Shown: in pieces, positions 41,401 through 52,758 of the stretch
How positions within the stretch are numbered: position 1 is the first letter of the stretch
Layout of the letters: every line of letters begins with the position of its first letter
The notes under the pieces: model-generated
Database searches by the model: none
Told to the model about the DNA's origin: nothing
What the model saw: the letters and a program-made list of their open reading frames with translations, nothing else
NCBI GenBank assembly: GCA_003344405.1
Contig: NOWV01000107.1
Coordinates: 124,001 to 188,000 of the forward strand
DNA: 64,000 nucleotides
Direction of reading: 5' to 3'
Source of the DNA: Trichoplax sp. H2
Lineage: Eukaryota
Translations under genes and position numbers: made by a program

Positions 41401-44400
41401 ATTTGTACAAATCTTCTACTAGATTAAATTTCAAGCCTAAAACTTATGGTCATTTACAGCGAAATTACCTTAACATCTATTAAATTTATGCTACGGTTAA
41501 GAAACATTATTCTCCCNNNNNNNNNNNNNNNNNNNNGGACTATTACATCGGATAATTCTAATACTGAAGATGCTATATGGGCAAAAATATTTTACCTTTG
41601 CAATCCCTACTTTTAGGTTAGCTGTATACCGGTACTTATGATGTTCTTTAAATATTATTAATATCGTAACTGACTTAATCATAAGTTATTAGAAGATAGC
41701 CAGCAATAGCAGTTTAGCTAAAAGGTTTCACAGACAATCAAATGGACTTACACAAAAGAAATCCATGGTTGAAGAATTGATGTATCGATTGGAAATTGTG
41801 CAAGATAATTCATCACTATTTGTCTGATAAGATATGTAGGATAAAATACGTCAGATGAGTATTTTAATTTTAATGAATATAATTTTCATTATTAACTGTC
41901 TTGTTACGATAAGAAGTAAGCTGCACTTTAGATAAACAGAAGATCAAAATAGAACTAAATTTTTATTTTTACCGCACGATAATTTTATAAGGTATCAGTA
42001 ATAAATCGAAATATTTGAGTGGTATTAATAACAAGTTTTTAGCTCAGTATGTTCTCCTTGATAGCTAATCTGCTGCACAACTGTACATCGGTAAATTAAT
42101 TTAGTCTAAGAAGTATAATTTGTACAAATCTTCTACTAGATTAAATTTCAAGCCTAAAACTTATGGTCATTTACAGCGAAATTACCTTAACATCTATTAA
42201 ATTTATGCTACGGTTAAGAAACATTATTCTCCCCGTGGAAATACTATATTAATTACTATTGAATTATATTAATAAGACCTATTACTAGTGACTGAAATAG
42301 TTTAAAATGCTTTTACTTGGTTATACTCTAATTTAGCGATCAGTAAGGTTTAAACTCTTATTTAATTTAAGATAAGTATACATACATCTTTTTATAAGGA
42401 ATGACAATGTTGTCGATAGCCTTTGTCATCCTTTGCAACACACACTGCATGTATGTTGCACCGCATTTACAGCCGGCGATACAGGGCAATGTTACTGAAG
42501 AAAATTAGGTAAAATATTAACTCCATATGTTAGATACTAGTTGCAACCTTAGAACGAGAAACTTTATAGAAAAGTGAAATAAAACAATAATTCAGTAACT
42601 AGTTGTAATTTATTTTATATTTATACGCAGTTTCAACAAGGACTACTAAGGCAGAAAGAACTATAATACCGATTAAATGACTAGTTGTAATTTGTTTTAT
42701 TCTTATATAGTTGCTGCAGGAACTAGTAAAATAGAAATAAATTAAACACTGATTCAATAACTAGTTGTAATTTTTATTTTTTACATAGTTCCAGCAGGAA
42801 CTACTAAGATAGAGAGAAATAGAACACTGATTCAATAGCTAGTTGCAATTTGTTTTATTTTTATATAGTTCCAGTAGAGACTACTAAGACAGAGGGAATG
42901 AAAACTCTGATTCAATAATTAGTTGTAATTTGTTTTACTTTTACATAGGTCCAGCAGGGACTACTGAGACACAAAGATAAAACACTACTTCAATAACTAC
43001 AGTAGTTGCAGATTGTTTTATTATTATACAGTTCCTGTAGGGATTACTAAAAGAGAGAAAGGGAGAGAGGGACGAGAAATGACCGTTCAGCGCAAAATAA
43101 TGCCGAGAGTTATCATTTTTCTAGTTATCCTACCATATGATACAGATGAAATTGTAACTATACTGTATATAACTATTCTGGTGGCCAATGTGGATGACAA
43201 TCATAGACAGCATAATGCGGACATAAGATATAATTGAAATGACCAGCAAATGTGCCAGTCTCTCCATTTTTAGTATAGCGAACGACCATTTCCCGTCCTT
43301 CTCTTTTTTTTAGTAGCGTTTCGTTTCAGATGATTATAAAAATGGTGCGGAAGAATTGTTGTATCAAGTTATTGAAATAAAGTTCAAAGTTCAAATTGTT
43401 GCCCACAATAGGAGATAGTTAGCTTATAAGATTACAGTAGAAAAATGGACGCTACTGGTAATCTCAGAAGTCAAGTTTAAAGTTTCAGTGCTGTGCAAGT
43501 AACATAACTAGAGGAGCAATTAGATCGTCAGTAACCTCACTGTGATGAAAACTTGAATTTACTGTACAAATGAGATTGGTATAATCAGTTATTGCTGTCA
43601 TGAAATAGATAAATATCTGTAGATATTGCAGATACGGTAGTTCTAGCTAGCTAAAAATAACCTGTAGTATTAGCAAGTTATCAGACCGTTTTGCTAAATT
43701 AAAGAAAGTAAAAGTACAGCTACAATATGTGATCTTCTAGTGTCTTGATGGCTAAAATAAATTGCAATATTAGAAAGTTATTAGGTCGATTTACTAAGTT
43801 GAAGAAAGAAAAGTACAGCTACTTAAATTCGCTCATGGCAGTAATATTTTCGTGAAATGCTATATGAGGATCAGTTTTTATTTTAGAAAAAGCGTATTAT
43901 AGGGATATTGGCTTGAAACATTGCAAATTACCCAGAAGTGCCTGATTTAGGTGAAATGTAGGTAAGATACCGATACTAGCTTGAAATTACATTAGTCTCA
44001 AATAAGCATCTATTACAAATTGAGAAGTTATAAAGTAAAAAGCACAAGTATGTACAGACTATATACAGTACGCGAAGTACAGTAGAACAAATGTAGGTTC
44101 TGCTACTGTTATTAGAAAAGGTGTCGATGTGTTTCTTATTGAGAAAGACTAGTCGCACACATTAATAGAAATGGATGTGAAAACATATTTGTATTATTAG
44201 TCAATGATAGTGGAAAAGTTTACTTGTATTTATTAATCTGGTTACCGCTAGATCTAAATGGATAGTTTATTTACTTACGACATTGGGTATTTGTTAAGTC
44301 AGAATATTTGCTGCCATTAGTATACAATAACTTGCAGGATAAAGGCTTACAAACTATGAATACATAAATTAAAGTTATATTGTATCTATCTAAGCTTTAT

Positions 44401-45250
44401 TTTTAAATGATCGAATTTAGTTTTTGTGACAAGATTAAAAGGTATGATCACTTACAATGGTTGTACTGGATCTTGTAATTTTTAGAGCATGAACCATTTT
44501 TACAATCGGCCATACTTAATTGAAGCTTTTCATAAATTACGTTAGCTAAAGATTGATAAATTTATTAAAACCATGGAAAATCTTAATTTCAAATAAACGC
44601 TACGCTCCAATTCGGTCGTATAGATATAAAAGCTCGGAATATGTTTTATTGAAGATAGTTGCGAGTGAAAGCAGAGTTAATAAATTAGGAAGTCAAAATA
44701 TGTAACTTTTAGGTTACAATAAGTTATTTTCTAAGCCAGTTACTGCTACTTACTGCATTTATTTTCATTGTATTCATTAGGGCAGCTTTTTTCGCATTTG
44801 CATATTTGTTTAGCATTAATATTATGTCCACTTTTAGTACAGGATAGGGTACAAGCTGGTAAAGGCAGAATAAGTCTAATTTTTATCTGAATATTGCAAG
44901 ACTTATGAATAGCAGTTATTTTGTATAAAAAGGCATAGACTCCTTGAATCGGATCGATTTAAGATTCCTATCAATAATTTTTTAGTGTATTTAAGACTAC
45001 GAATCATTCATGTCTGATTTGTATGATATTCGTAGTCGTAATAAAATATTTCTAATTTAAATTGCAGAGATTTAAATTTACGAATCTTGTAGTCTCTGTA
45101 ATAATAAAGGTGATACAAGATTTTACCTGAAACTTTGGCTATCTTATTATTTAACGTACAGCAGTATAAAAATTAATTTATTACAGTACCGTATGGAAGC
45201 AATACCAAAAGAGTGAGATTAAATAGGATTCGATTCCGCGAGTAGTTCAT
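16040..45250 (-). CDS. Multi-exon LRR-containing class A GPCR (GRL101/RXFP-like) with ~48 LRR exons and a C-terminal kinase-like domain (gene A)
   Basis: Hand-built splice model. Signal-like exon 45190-45250 (MNYSRNRILFNLTLLVLLPY); Cys-rich exons 44456-44545, 44279-44353 and 42386-42494 (LPCIAGCKCGATYMQC). About 48 phase-2/phase-2 AG..GT exons of mostly 72 nt, each one LRR (e.g. 39826-39897 DLTTNFLTTIYDDTFKNLKVLRFL, 23322-23393 KLESNDITEIPDFAFKTITSLGSL). Hinge+7TM exon 18191-19242; tail exons 17986-18047, 17249-17478, 16880-17168, 16364-16612, 16040-16162. Some internal exons (about 29-31 kb) were not resolved. Confidence 0.85.
18191..19242 (-). other. Hinge + rhodopsin-like 7TM exon of gene A
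   Basis: Translates VSNREYLCCAAPESIISCNP..STCSHLL..LRLLVWIIG..GN..NLSIADLLMGFYL..ITIDRY..TDLICWMP..LPLNSCINPILYT. These motifs are typical of LGR/RXFP/GRL101-type receptors. Exon is 1052 nt, phase 2 to phase 1. Confidence 0.95.
23898..24340 (+). mobile_element. Solo LTR (family 1) in an intron of gene A
   Basis: TGTCAC...GTGACA termini; alignable along its length with 5627-6053; flanks TTCTT / GTCTT (4 of 5 match). Confidence 0.85.
27445..27995 (+). mobile_element. Solo LTR (family 2) in an intron of gene A
   Basis: TGTAAT...ATCACA termini, AGTATAAAAG, AATAAA; flanks ACTTT / ATTTT; alignable with ~14303-14863. Confidence 0.75.
40232..42234. repeat. Near-identical gap-flanked duplication (40232-41516 vs 41537-42234), probably two haplotypes
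   Basis: Copies differ by a few substitutions plus the 40721-41303 insertion; separated by the N-gap 41517-41536. Duplicates LRR exon 40447-40518 at 41752-41823. Confidence 0.85.
40721..41303 (+). mobile_element. LTR-type insertion spanning an assembly gap (solo LTR or collapsed full element)
   Basis: TGTTAC...GTGACA termini and perfect TSD GGTAT (40716-40720 / 41304-41308). The 3' end resembles family 1 (..AAGCTGTTTTGTGACA). N-gap at 41164-41183; empty site present near 42021-42025. Confidence 0.8.
42590..43050. repeat. ~82-bp tandem repeat, ~6 diverged copies, in an intron of gene A
   Basis: Recurring CTAGTTGTAATTT..TTTT..ATAGTTCCAGCAGGAACTACTAAG..AACACTGATTCAATAA. Confidence 0.85.
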
Positions 45251-48200
45251 GTTGCAATTGATCATGTTGTATCTTGCGAGCTAGGGAAACTTATTCCTGT
45301 TAATAAAAAATTGAATTAATGAGAGAGTCTTTATATATCTTATCATAACTCAGATGGGAATATTTTAATCCATTTCAAACTTGAATCCAAGCCTATTATA
45401 TCCATTGGGTATTAATTAAATCCATTGTTTATATATACATTATTTTCATCGATCAAATTGGTTGTTTATCATAAATTTTAGCTAGTTATGATTTTTGCTT
45501 TTGAAATTTTAAAAAATTTATATCCAAAACAAACACCTCCGCCTTTTCTATTGCAAAATTAACTTGCAGGCCAGTTAGATAGGTGTATCTTCTATGACCA
45601 GAAGCAGTCTTCAATTAATACGAGATATTGGATTTGTCAAGAATACCGGTATTCTTTAGTAATGTAGGGGATAAATTAAAATTAGTTTTACGATAGACGT
45701 GATACAGTCAGTAGTTTGCCTCAGTTGTCTAATAATGGCATAATCTTATTCTATCTCCATTGACTTTGGGAATGGAATTAATTAAAAAGAGAATCAGGTA
45801 AGTTATGATCGCAGTAACACTCATCCTTTATTACAGTTAGATATCCATTCATTAATTGTTTAACTCCTAATATCTATATCTATGTGCACTTAATTTGATA
45901 TCGGAACTAGGCATTTACATAATGGAAATTATTTTTACAACATAGGATCAAATTTTTAATCCATAGGTAGAACATAGAATTCATTCTTGGCAAACACTAT
46001 GGAAGCATATTGATACAGGGAACTATAAATGAATAGCGTTAAAATAATATATTATTAATTGTTCCATAATGCATATAACTGCCAGCTGAATTCATTCATT
46101 TCAAATGCACATTACCACCGATGAATCGCCTATATACTACAGACAGGCTTATGCAGAGAGTATAATCAGAAGCTTTAGCATCCATGATTTCCTAGCAAGC
46201 AGCTGGTCACCAACAATTTGTATATCGATTGACATACTCCGAATAATCAATCACTAATTAACATACTCCTATTATTACAGTACTACCGTTACATTATCAA
46301 TATTCAGAATCAGCTTATTTCATGTATGACGTATATTTTTTTATACAGTAGTCACTTATTGATGTATCAAAAGCTTATGGTAAAATTACTGGTACATAAA
46401 CTAGTTGATAGCGGGGTATGGAAATATTACTCCCAAATAAGGGCTATTTTCCTTTTCTTTTTTCTTTACTATTTTACTGTAAGATCTATTTTTTGATGCT
46501 TCTAAATAGAAATCTGTAAATTGAGTGTAATCCGCACATGCTAACCATGTCCTCAACGTTACTAGTTCGATTAAGCATGGAACCACTGTATATTTGAAAT
46601 GTGAGTTGATTTGTAGCTAAGAGATGAAAGTCTCAATACAATGTCGATGATATCATGAAATTTAGCTATTATCTTCTGAAGTATGTGCTGAGGTGGGATA
46701 AGGTAGGCCATGATAAGTGCCGGATATATGTAATACTGTATGCCATCTAATTATCGAACCAAAAATGGTGTAATGGTTACTAAACAAAATTTGCTCCGTA
46801 GTCATGGTTATACGGTAACTTTAGTATCAATTTTGCTAGTTGAACAATGTCTATTTGCTTCAGTGCACTAGGCAGCTGTTCACGAATTGATCATGTCCAT
46901 TTCTACTAATAATACTTCTATTTCGATAAATAGCTCTTGTATTGAGCGTGGCGCATGTAAAAACTACAGTAACGTATGTCGGTGGACATTGATATTTTTT
47001 TACTAAAGCATAATTTCACACTTACAACTTGTAATATTACGGGCTGTATTCTAGATTAGCGTTTGGACAATTACTAATATCTCTATCGAATAAGATCGCA
47101 ATGAATTATACAAGACATAATTACATCAAGAAAGACTAGCTGTGGTATAATGTTTTCGATCATATATTACTTGATTACGAACTGAAAGCTAGACGTGTTC
47201 GTACATTGATCCTAAGCTTAACTTCTAAAGAATAGAATCATTATGAAATTAACACGTTGGCATAACTACAACAACAGTCTGTTGTAAATTACATATCTAA
47301 ACTGTAAACATGGCATGAGTAGTTTAATGGTCATCAACGTAATTAATATTTTAATTTCGATGTTTTCGTTGACTGCTTAGATTAATATGTATTAATATTT
47401 TACTTCTTACTTTTAAGTCTAACTATTGGATCACGATTGTTTTTAGATTAGCGAAGTGATAAAAGTAATTTCTTTGAAAGATTTTCTGTAAGACTTCGGT
47501 GCGGTATATCTATAGATAAACGTATCAACGCCTAATGGAATGAAAGTGTAATCCGTCTGATCGATGAAGAAAGTCACAGATAACCTGCCTCGGTAGTTAA
47601 ATATTGGGTATACTAGCAGTGCTAAATCATTGTATTACATACCGCAATATCTCTGTCAGCGAAACGACATGACGTTAAGCTAGTGCAAGTTTAAAGGCAA
47701 GAAATATCCAATCTGATCTCATAATGTAACTTATTTCTGATTTTTTACCTTATGCTGTCTAGTATAATTGTGCTCGATTGCCAATTTCAGGAAGCAATGA
47801 TTTTCATACTATTTCTTACTCATTTATTAAGCTAACACTAGTATTATTTCTTTTGGTCGCAGGAGCTTAGATATCGTTAAAGCTGATAGCGGAAGTATTG
47901 TTAACAAGAAGCATGAAACAAAACGTGATTTGATATTACAGTATTTCCTGGAAAGTATAAAAACTATCGCTCCTTACATGGTGATCAAAAAGATGACCGG
48001 AACTCTTCCATTTTAAATATACACTATATGTACGTGATTAATTCATTGATAATATTTCTATTTGTAGATTTTTGCAATTATCAATGGGTATGAGGTCATT
48101 TGCATATTCTAAATAAGCCTTATTTGTTGAAGTTATTTTCTATGCTTTTGATCTGTTCTAGCCAATAGCTGTTGATATCTAGATAAAGTAATAGCTACGA

Positions 48201-48381
48201 TAGTTTGGCAGATACGAGCATAACAGTGGCATTTTAACATTAATGGCTGTTGTAAAGTCTACGGTATTGATAGTGATTCAATTTCCATATCAGTTTGGCA
48301 ACAAGAAGGACTGTCGATACTACTATCAAATATATGTTTTATAAATATGACAAGATAGTTTACACCACTTAATTTATCTTA

Positions 48382-48585
48382 AACTCTTTAGATAGAATTA
48401 AGGATATTTATTCTTATACAGTTGCTGCAGGAACTAGTAAAATAGAAATAAATTAAACACAGATTCAATAACTAGTTGTAATTTTTTATTTTTTACATAG
48501 TTCCAGCAGGAACTACTAAGATAGAGAGAAATAAAACACTGATTCAATTCAATTTGTCAACTCTTTAGATAGAATTAAGGATATT
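48382..48585. repeat. Dispersed ~140-bp copy of the 82-bp array flanked by a 27-bp direct repeat
   Basis: 48409-~48548 nearly identical to ~42698-42836; AACTCTTTAGATAGAATTAAGGATATT at 48382-48408 and 48559-48585. Confidence 0.85.
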
Positions 48586-49696
48586 ATTCATTGATATATG
48601 TACTGTAACTCTCCGTCGGTGAAGCGACAGGACGTTAACTAGTAATTGGAAGAAAATAGAATGTTAATGTCAAATATAAAGGTGTACTAGTTCTACAATC
48701 CGTCGTGTTGCTGACGGACTAGGACTCATAACGCTATTTATATTACTCCTGTTAATACGTATGTGAGAATCAGGTAATCACATTATTGACGTTAAACGAT
48801 TGCCCATTGCATCCCTGACGGCCCATAGCTATCGAACGATCAGTTAAAGATTGTCCAATATTTCCATATCCAGTTCAGAATTTTAGCATTATAAAAATTC
48901 TACTTACGCCTACAAAATTGCGGAATTTACTGTAAACACACCGATGCAGACACAGCTGAAATATTGTATCTGTTAATTTACTGCTTGACAAATTAAACAT
49001 CTGCAAAGCGGTTTTTGAGCAAGCTTTATTAATAAGTATCATAACAGATCCGATAAAAACTCAGAATGTACTCCGATAATTATATAAAACGAATTTTCAC
49101 TACTAGTACGTGAACCAGTTAGATCTATACTTACTTTCTTAAGTTATTTGAGGAATGTGAATGAAACTTTTTATCGAGCATTTGGCACAACTTTTATAAT
49201 ATTATCTCGTCTTGCCTTTCATATTCGACGTAATAATACATATATCAAGCCAAAATATGAGTTAAATAGTGAAAAGAAGAAGGAAATTACTGTAAAGACG
49301 TACTACAAATGAAAGCAGAATACGGTCATAAACAAATTAGCACAGTATCACGCACAGAAGAGTCAAACTGAAATTACTACACTGATGCATGTTCGAAATT
49401 ATAGCTAATCCAGCAAGCTTTCATCTTATATTTAGAAAGGATATCATTAAGTTAGTGAACATAAACCAAAAAATTTGATACGGCTGATAAAAGAGTTTTA
49501 AAAGAGAAGATATTAAGTACTTTATAATTTAGGTAATTGGTCGTGATATTATTTTGTATAACAAATATAGTATTAGAAAAAATTTAGGAAATATTAGACG
49601 CTGGTCTATTAAGTTTGTCTAGATTCTTAAGCAGGGTTAGTGCTTATTGCTCAACAGATTGTCTTCCAACTTTCTACTGTAATTATTCATCTATTT

Positions 49697-52600
49697 TTAG
49701 GAAGTATAGCTTGGCGAAACTAGTGCATAAATCATCCTAATAAATGAAAAAATGATTACGATTGTGAGCAGACATCAATGGAAGTAAAATATTTCATTAC
49801 TCTACGTGATCAATTTAAATCGGATGAATAAGCTATACATATGCTACGTTGGTATCTTTAACAGTGAAAAAAATTGAGACAATCTCTACTTATAACTGTG
49901 ATCAAGCCTAGATCTATCGTACGTTACGCTAATCATAGCAAACTTGATCTATTTCTACATTATTAAAGAATCAATCGATTTCACACATGTAGCTATACGT
50001 TATCACCAATAAATTGCATTATATAGTAATGTAGATGTACTGTATTCTTTACTAGATTTCAAAATAGTATTCTATGTGTATTTCTCATGCAACTTGCCTG
50101 TATAAATAATAGAAAAAGCATAGAATGAAGAAGATCAGCTTCGCCCATCCTTCTTTCTGATGCTTGGCTAGTTCTGTGCTATTCATAACCGTCGTAGGAT
50201 CGTATAAGCCGGGGCCAGTCATGAATGGTCGATTGGCATATCTAAATATTGTTTTACATAATACTAGGTAAATGCAATTTATGCTATTCGATTGGCGTAT
50301 CTAAATATTGTTTTACATAATACTAGGTAAATGCAATTTATGCTATATGTCTGTTAAGTAGTATGCGAATAGTTCAATGTAGAACTATCTTTCAAGTATG
50401 ATAATGACAGATGTACTGTACTGTACGTAAGTACAGTCTTTACAGCAAGGAACTAACAGTAAAATAGTATTTTAACGTGGTAAAGTTATTTAAATACGTT
50501 CGAATATACTAAAAATTACATGGCAGTGAAAGATGTCCATTTCTTCTTTATGTAAATTATCAGAATAGATTTAATTTTTAAGAAATGATGCTTTATTAAT
50601 ACGCACTCACCGATAAATATTGTATATGATTACTGGCAAATTTATGAGCAAAGCAAATATCTGACCATCCACCAAGAAGAAGAAGCAGAAAAATAGATGG
50701 ATTCCATACTCCGGTAAGATTAACTACATTCAATCAATTGCATAAAAATAGTTTTGTTCGATTAATTTAAGATTATTCACTTTGTAAATCTAGATGTAGC
50801 TGACTCTTTGTTCTTAATTGATGACTACTTCAATATTTTACTATACTCTACCAACCATCACCAATATTGAAAATACGAATGGCTGTAGTTATTAATATAC
50901 AGTAGATGCAATAAATTCTATACTAATTTGTAGCATGAATCAATTTTAGATATTTGGTTAGCAGATACGAAATTTGTGATCGTACCAGTTAGTGAACGAA
51001 TCTGGAAATAGTGGCAATACGTAGTTATATTTCCAATAGGGTGATTACACCCTATATGCAGTTGTGCAATTTTGATTTTACGCTTTATGAACTACAGTAG
51101 TCTGTAGGAATACGCAGTAAGAAGAGAATGTTTAACCTCTTTCAAAAGAGATCGTTACAACTGACATTGTAGGCAAACGGTTTATAGTGCAATTTACTTT
51201 CTATGCCATACAGTACAGTAAAGTTATCTTGTATCATTTGTACAATATGTTATTGATGTACACACAGCATCTACACTACGTAGAGTAGATAGCGAAGAGG
51301 TAATGTTATCAACGTCAATACAGTACACTATAATTATTGTCAAACCCAATATTGACAGTAATCTCTCTTTGTTTATAACATACTCACCGGATTTAAATTA
51401 TTACACAAGTCTACCGGATTTTTGAAGTCGGTTTTGAGTTCGTCAAAGGCAATAATCTAATGGAAAGGAAGATTTAAAAATGTTCAGTTTGCTTCAAGAC
51501 AATGCATACAGCTAATGACGGTGGAAAAGACAAATTGTACAGTACAGTATACTATAATTATGAGACATGTAGTGTCGATTTTGAGCGCAAACTTCAGATC
51601 AGCCATCGACCTCTTTAGCAAAAGATGTCATTGAAGTTCAACGACAGACTAGCTTTTGACATCCATTATAATTTAAAATTTCGATTCGTTGACAAGATTT
51701 TATAGCGAATACCTAGAACATGATAACAATGTCAGACGCACACAATACTGTGCAGTATTCATATTTTGGACTGTCGTTTGATCAATTTTTTCAAGGACAT
51801 GTAGAGTTTACAGAGGTATTTTTGCCTCAATGATTGTACCGTAGAGTCTATCGCAAGGCAATATAGTGGCTACAGCATAATGGTATGCGTCTTTCAGTCC
51901 AGTATGAAAATTAACGGTATTCTATCGACAGTATTGACTATTCTCACCAATTCAAGGTAATTTATTCATGTTAGTCTGGGTATTTGACTAGCCGAATCTC
52001 CTGCTTATGCTACTTGGTGTCAATGTTTCAACTATTGTAATACTTTCATCTATCGCGCTATATTACTTTATCACGGTATGAACATTGACCTGGACTGGCG
52101 ACTAGTACAGTTTAGCACTGCTAAGGTACTACTGTATTTTAGCACAATTTCAATGGGATACCGTTAACGGAGTGATTCATTCCTGTCCATGATTCTCCAA
52201 ATGCTATTAGAAAGCTGGATAGCTGATATCAAAGTTCAGTAAAACAAGGAAAAGAAACTTGGCTGACTACCGTAATCTTGAGTCATCGATGTCAATACCC
52301 ACTATGCAAAGCATGATCAATCCACTATACTGTATTAGGATAAAAATGAACTTTTCCTAGCACCAATAGCTTACTATTCTATCTTGTGGAAGACTGTAAT
52401 ATTTGCAATGACATTGTAGTTTGCACTTGCACTTTACTAGCCGGGTGGTGTTGTCTACATTCAATCAAACTAGATTGTAGCTAGCACACTGTTGTATTTA
52501 TGGCTTGTAAAATAGCAGGCACAAGTATCTCAACATGGTTGCCGGTATAGGCTTTACAGTTGAAGAAGGACGAGTATTCGTGTGCTATTTCAGTCATCAT

Positions 52601-52758
52601 TGATTATTCTACCATTGAAAGTAGCCTTGATGGAAAATTGTAGCTGTACAACACAAATTGGTTGAGGATAAAACAGAACTTACATGCCATACAATCATTA
52701 AAATGAGCACAGCATCGAGAATTAATGCTATGATAAAAGCCCACAGTTCCAGAGACAT
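49697..52758 (-). CDS. CNIH1: Protein cornichon homolog, CNIH1/2/3-like (ER-export cargo receptor)
   Basis: Exons 52684-52758 (MSLELWAFIIALILDAVLILMIVWH), 51388-51456 (IIAFDELKTDFKNPVDLCNNLNP), 50611-50723 (LILPEYGIHLFFC..), 50098-50241 (YANRPFMTGPGLYDPTTVMN..QKEGWAKL..FFYYLY) and 49697-49736 (MIYALVSPSYTS*). Strong recognisable similarity to cornichon/CNIH1. Confidence 0.93.
49737..50097 (-). other. GC-AG intron, CNIH1 intron 4
   Basis: Exon ends TAC AG|GCAAGT (consensus apart from GC). It joins in phase 2 to G ATG ATT TAT GCA CTA GTT TCG, restoring the conserved ..YLY.MIY.LVS C-terminus. Confidence 0.8.
50229..50346. repeat. 59-bp tandem duplication covering the CNIH1 exon 4 acceptor
   Basis: 50229-50287 and 50288-50346 differ at one base (GGCATA vs GGCGTA). 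Confidence 0.9.

Noticed and set aside
42590-43050. 82-bp units as a + strand micro-exon array (acceptor-like TTTTACATAG then VPAGTTK)
   Set aside because: No consistent donor sites and no host gene on that strand.
45300-49600. Short ORFs between gene A and CNIH1
   Set aside because: No coherent exon chain or recognisable protein; treated as intergenic, though a small gene cannot be excluded.
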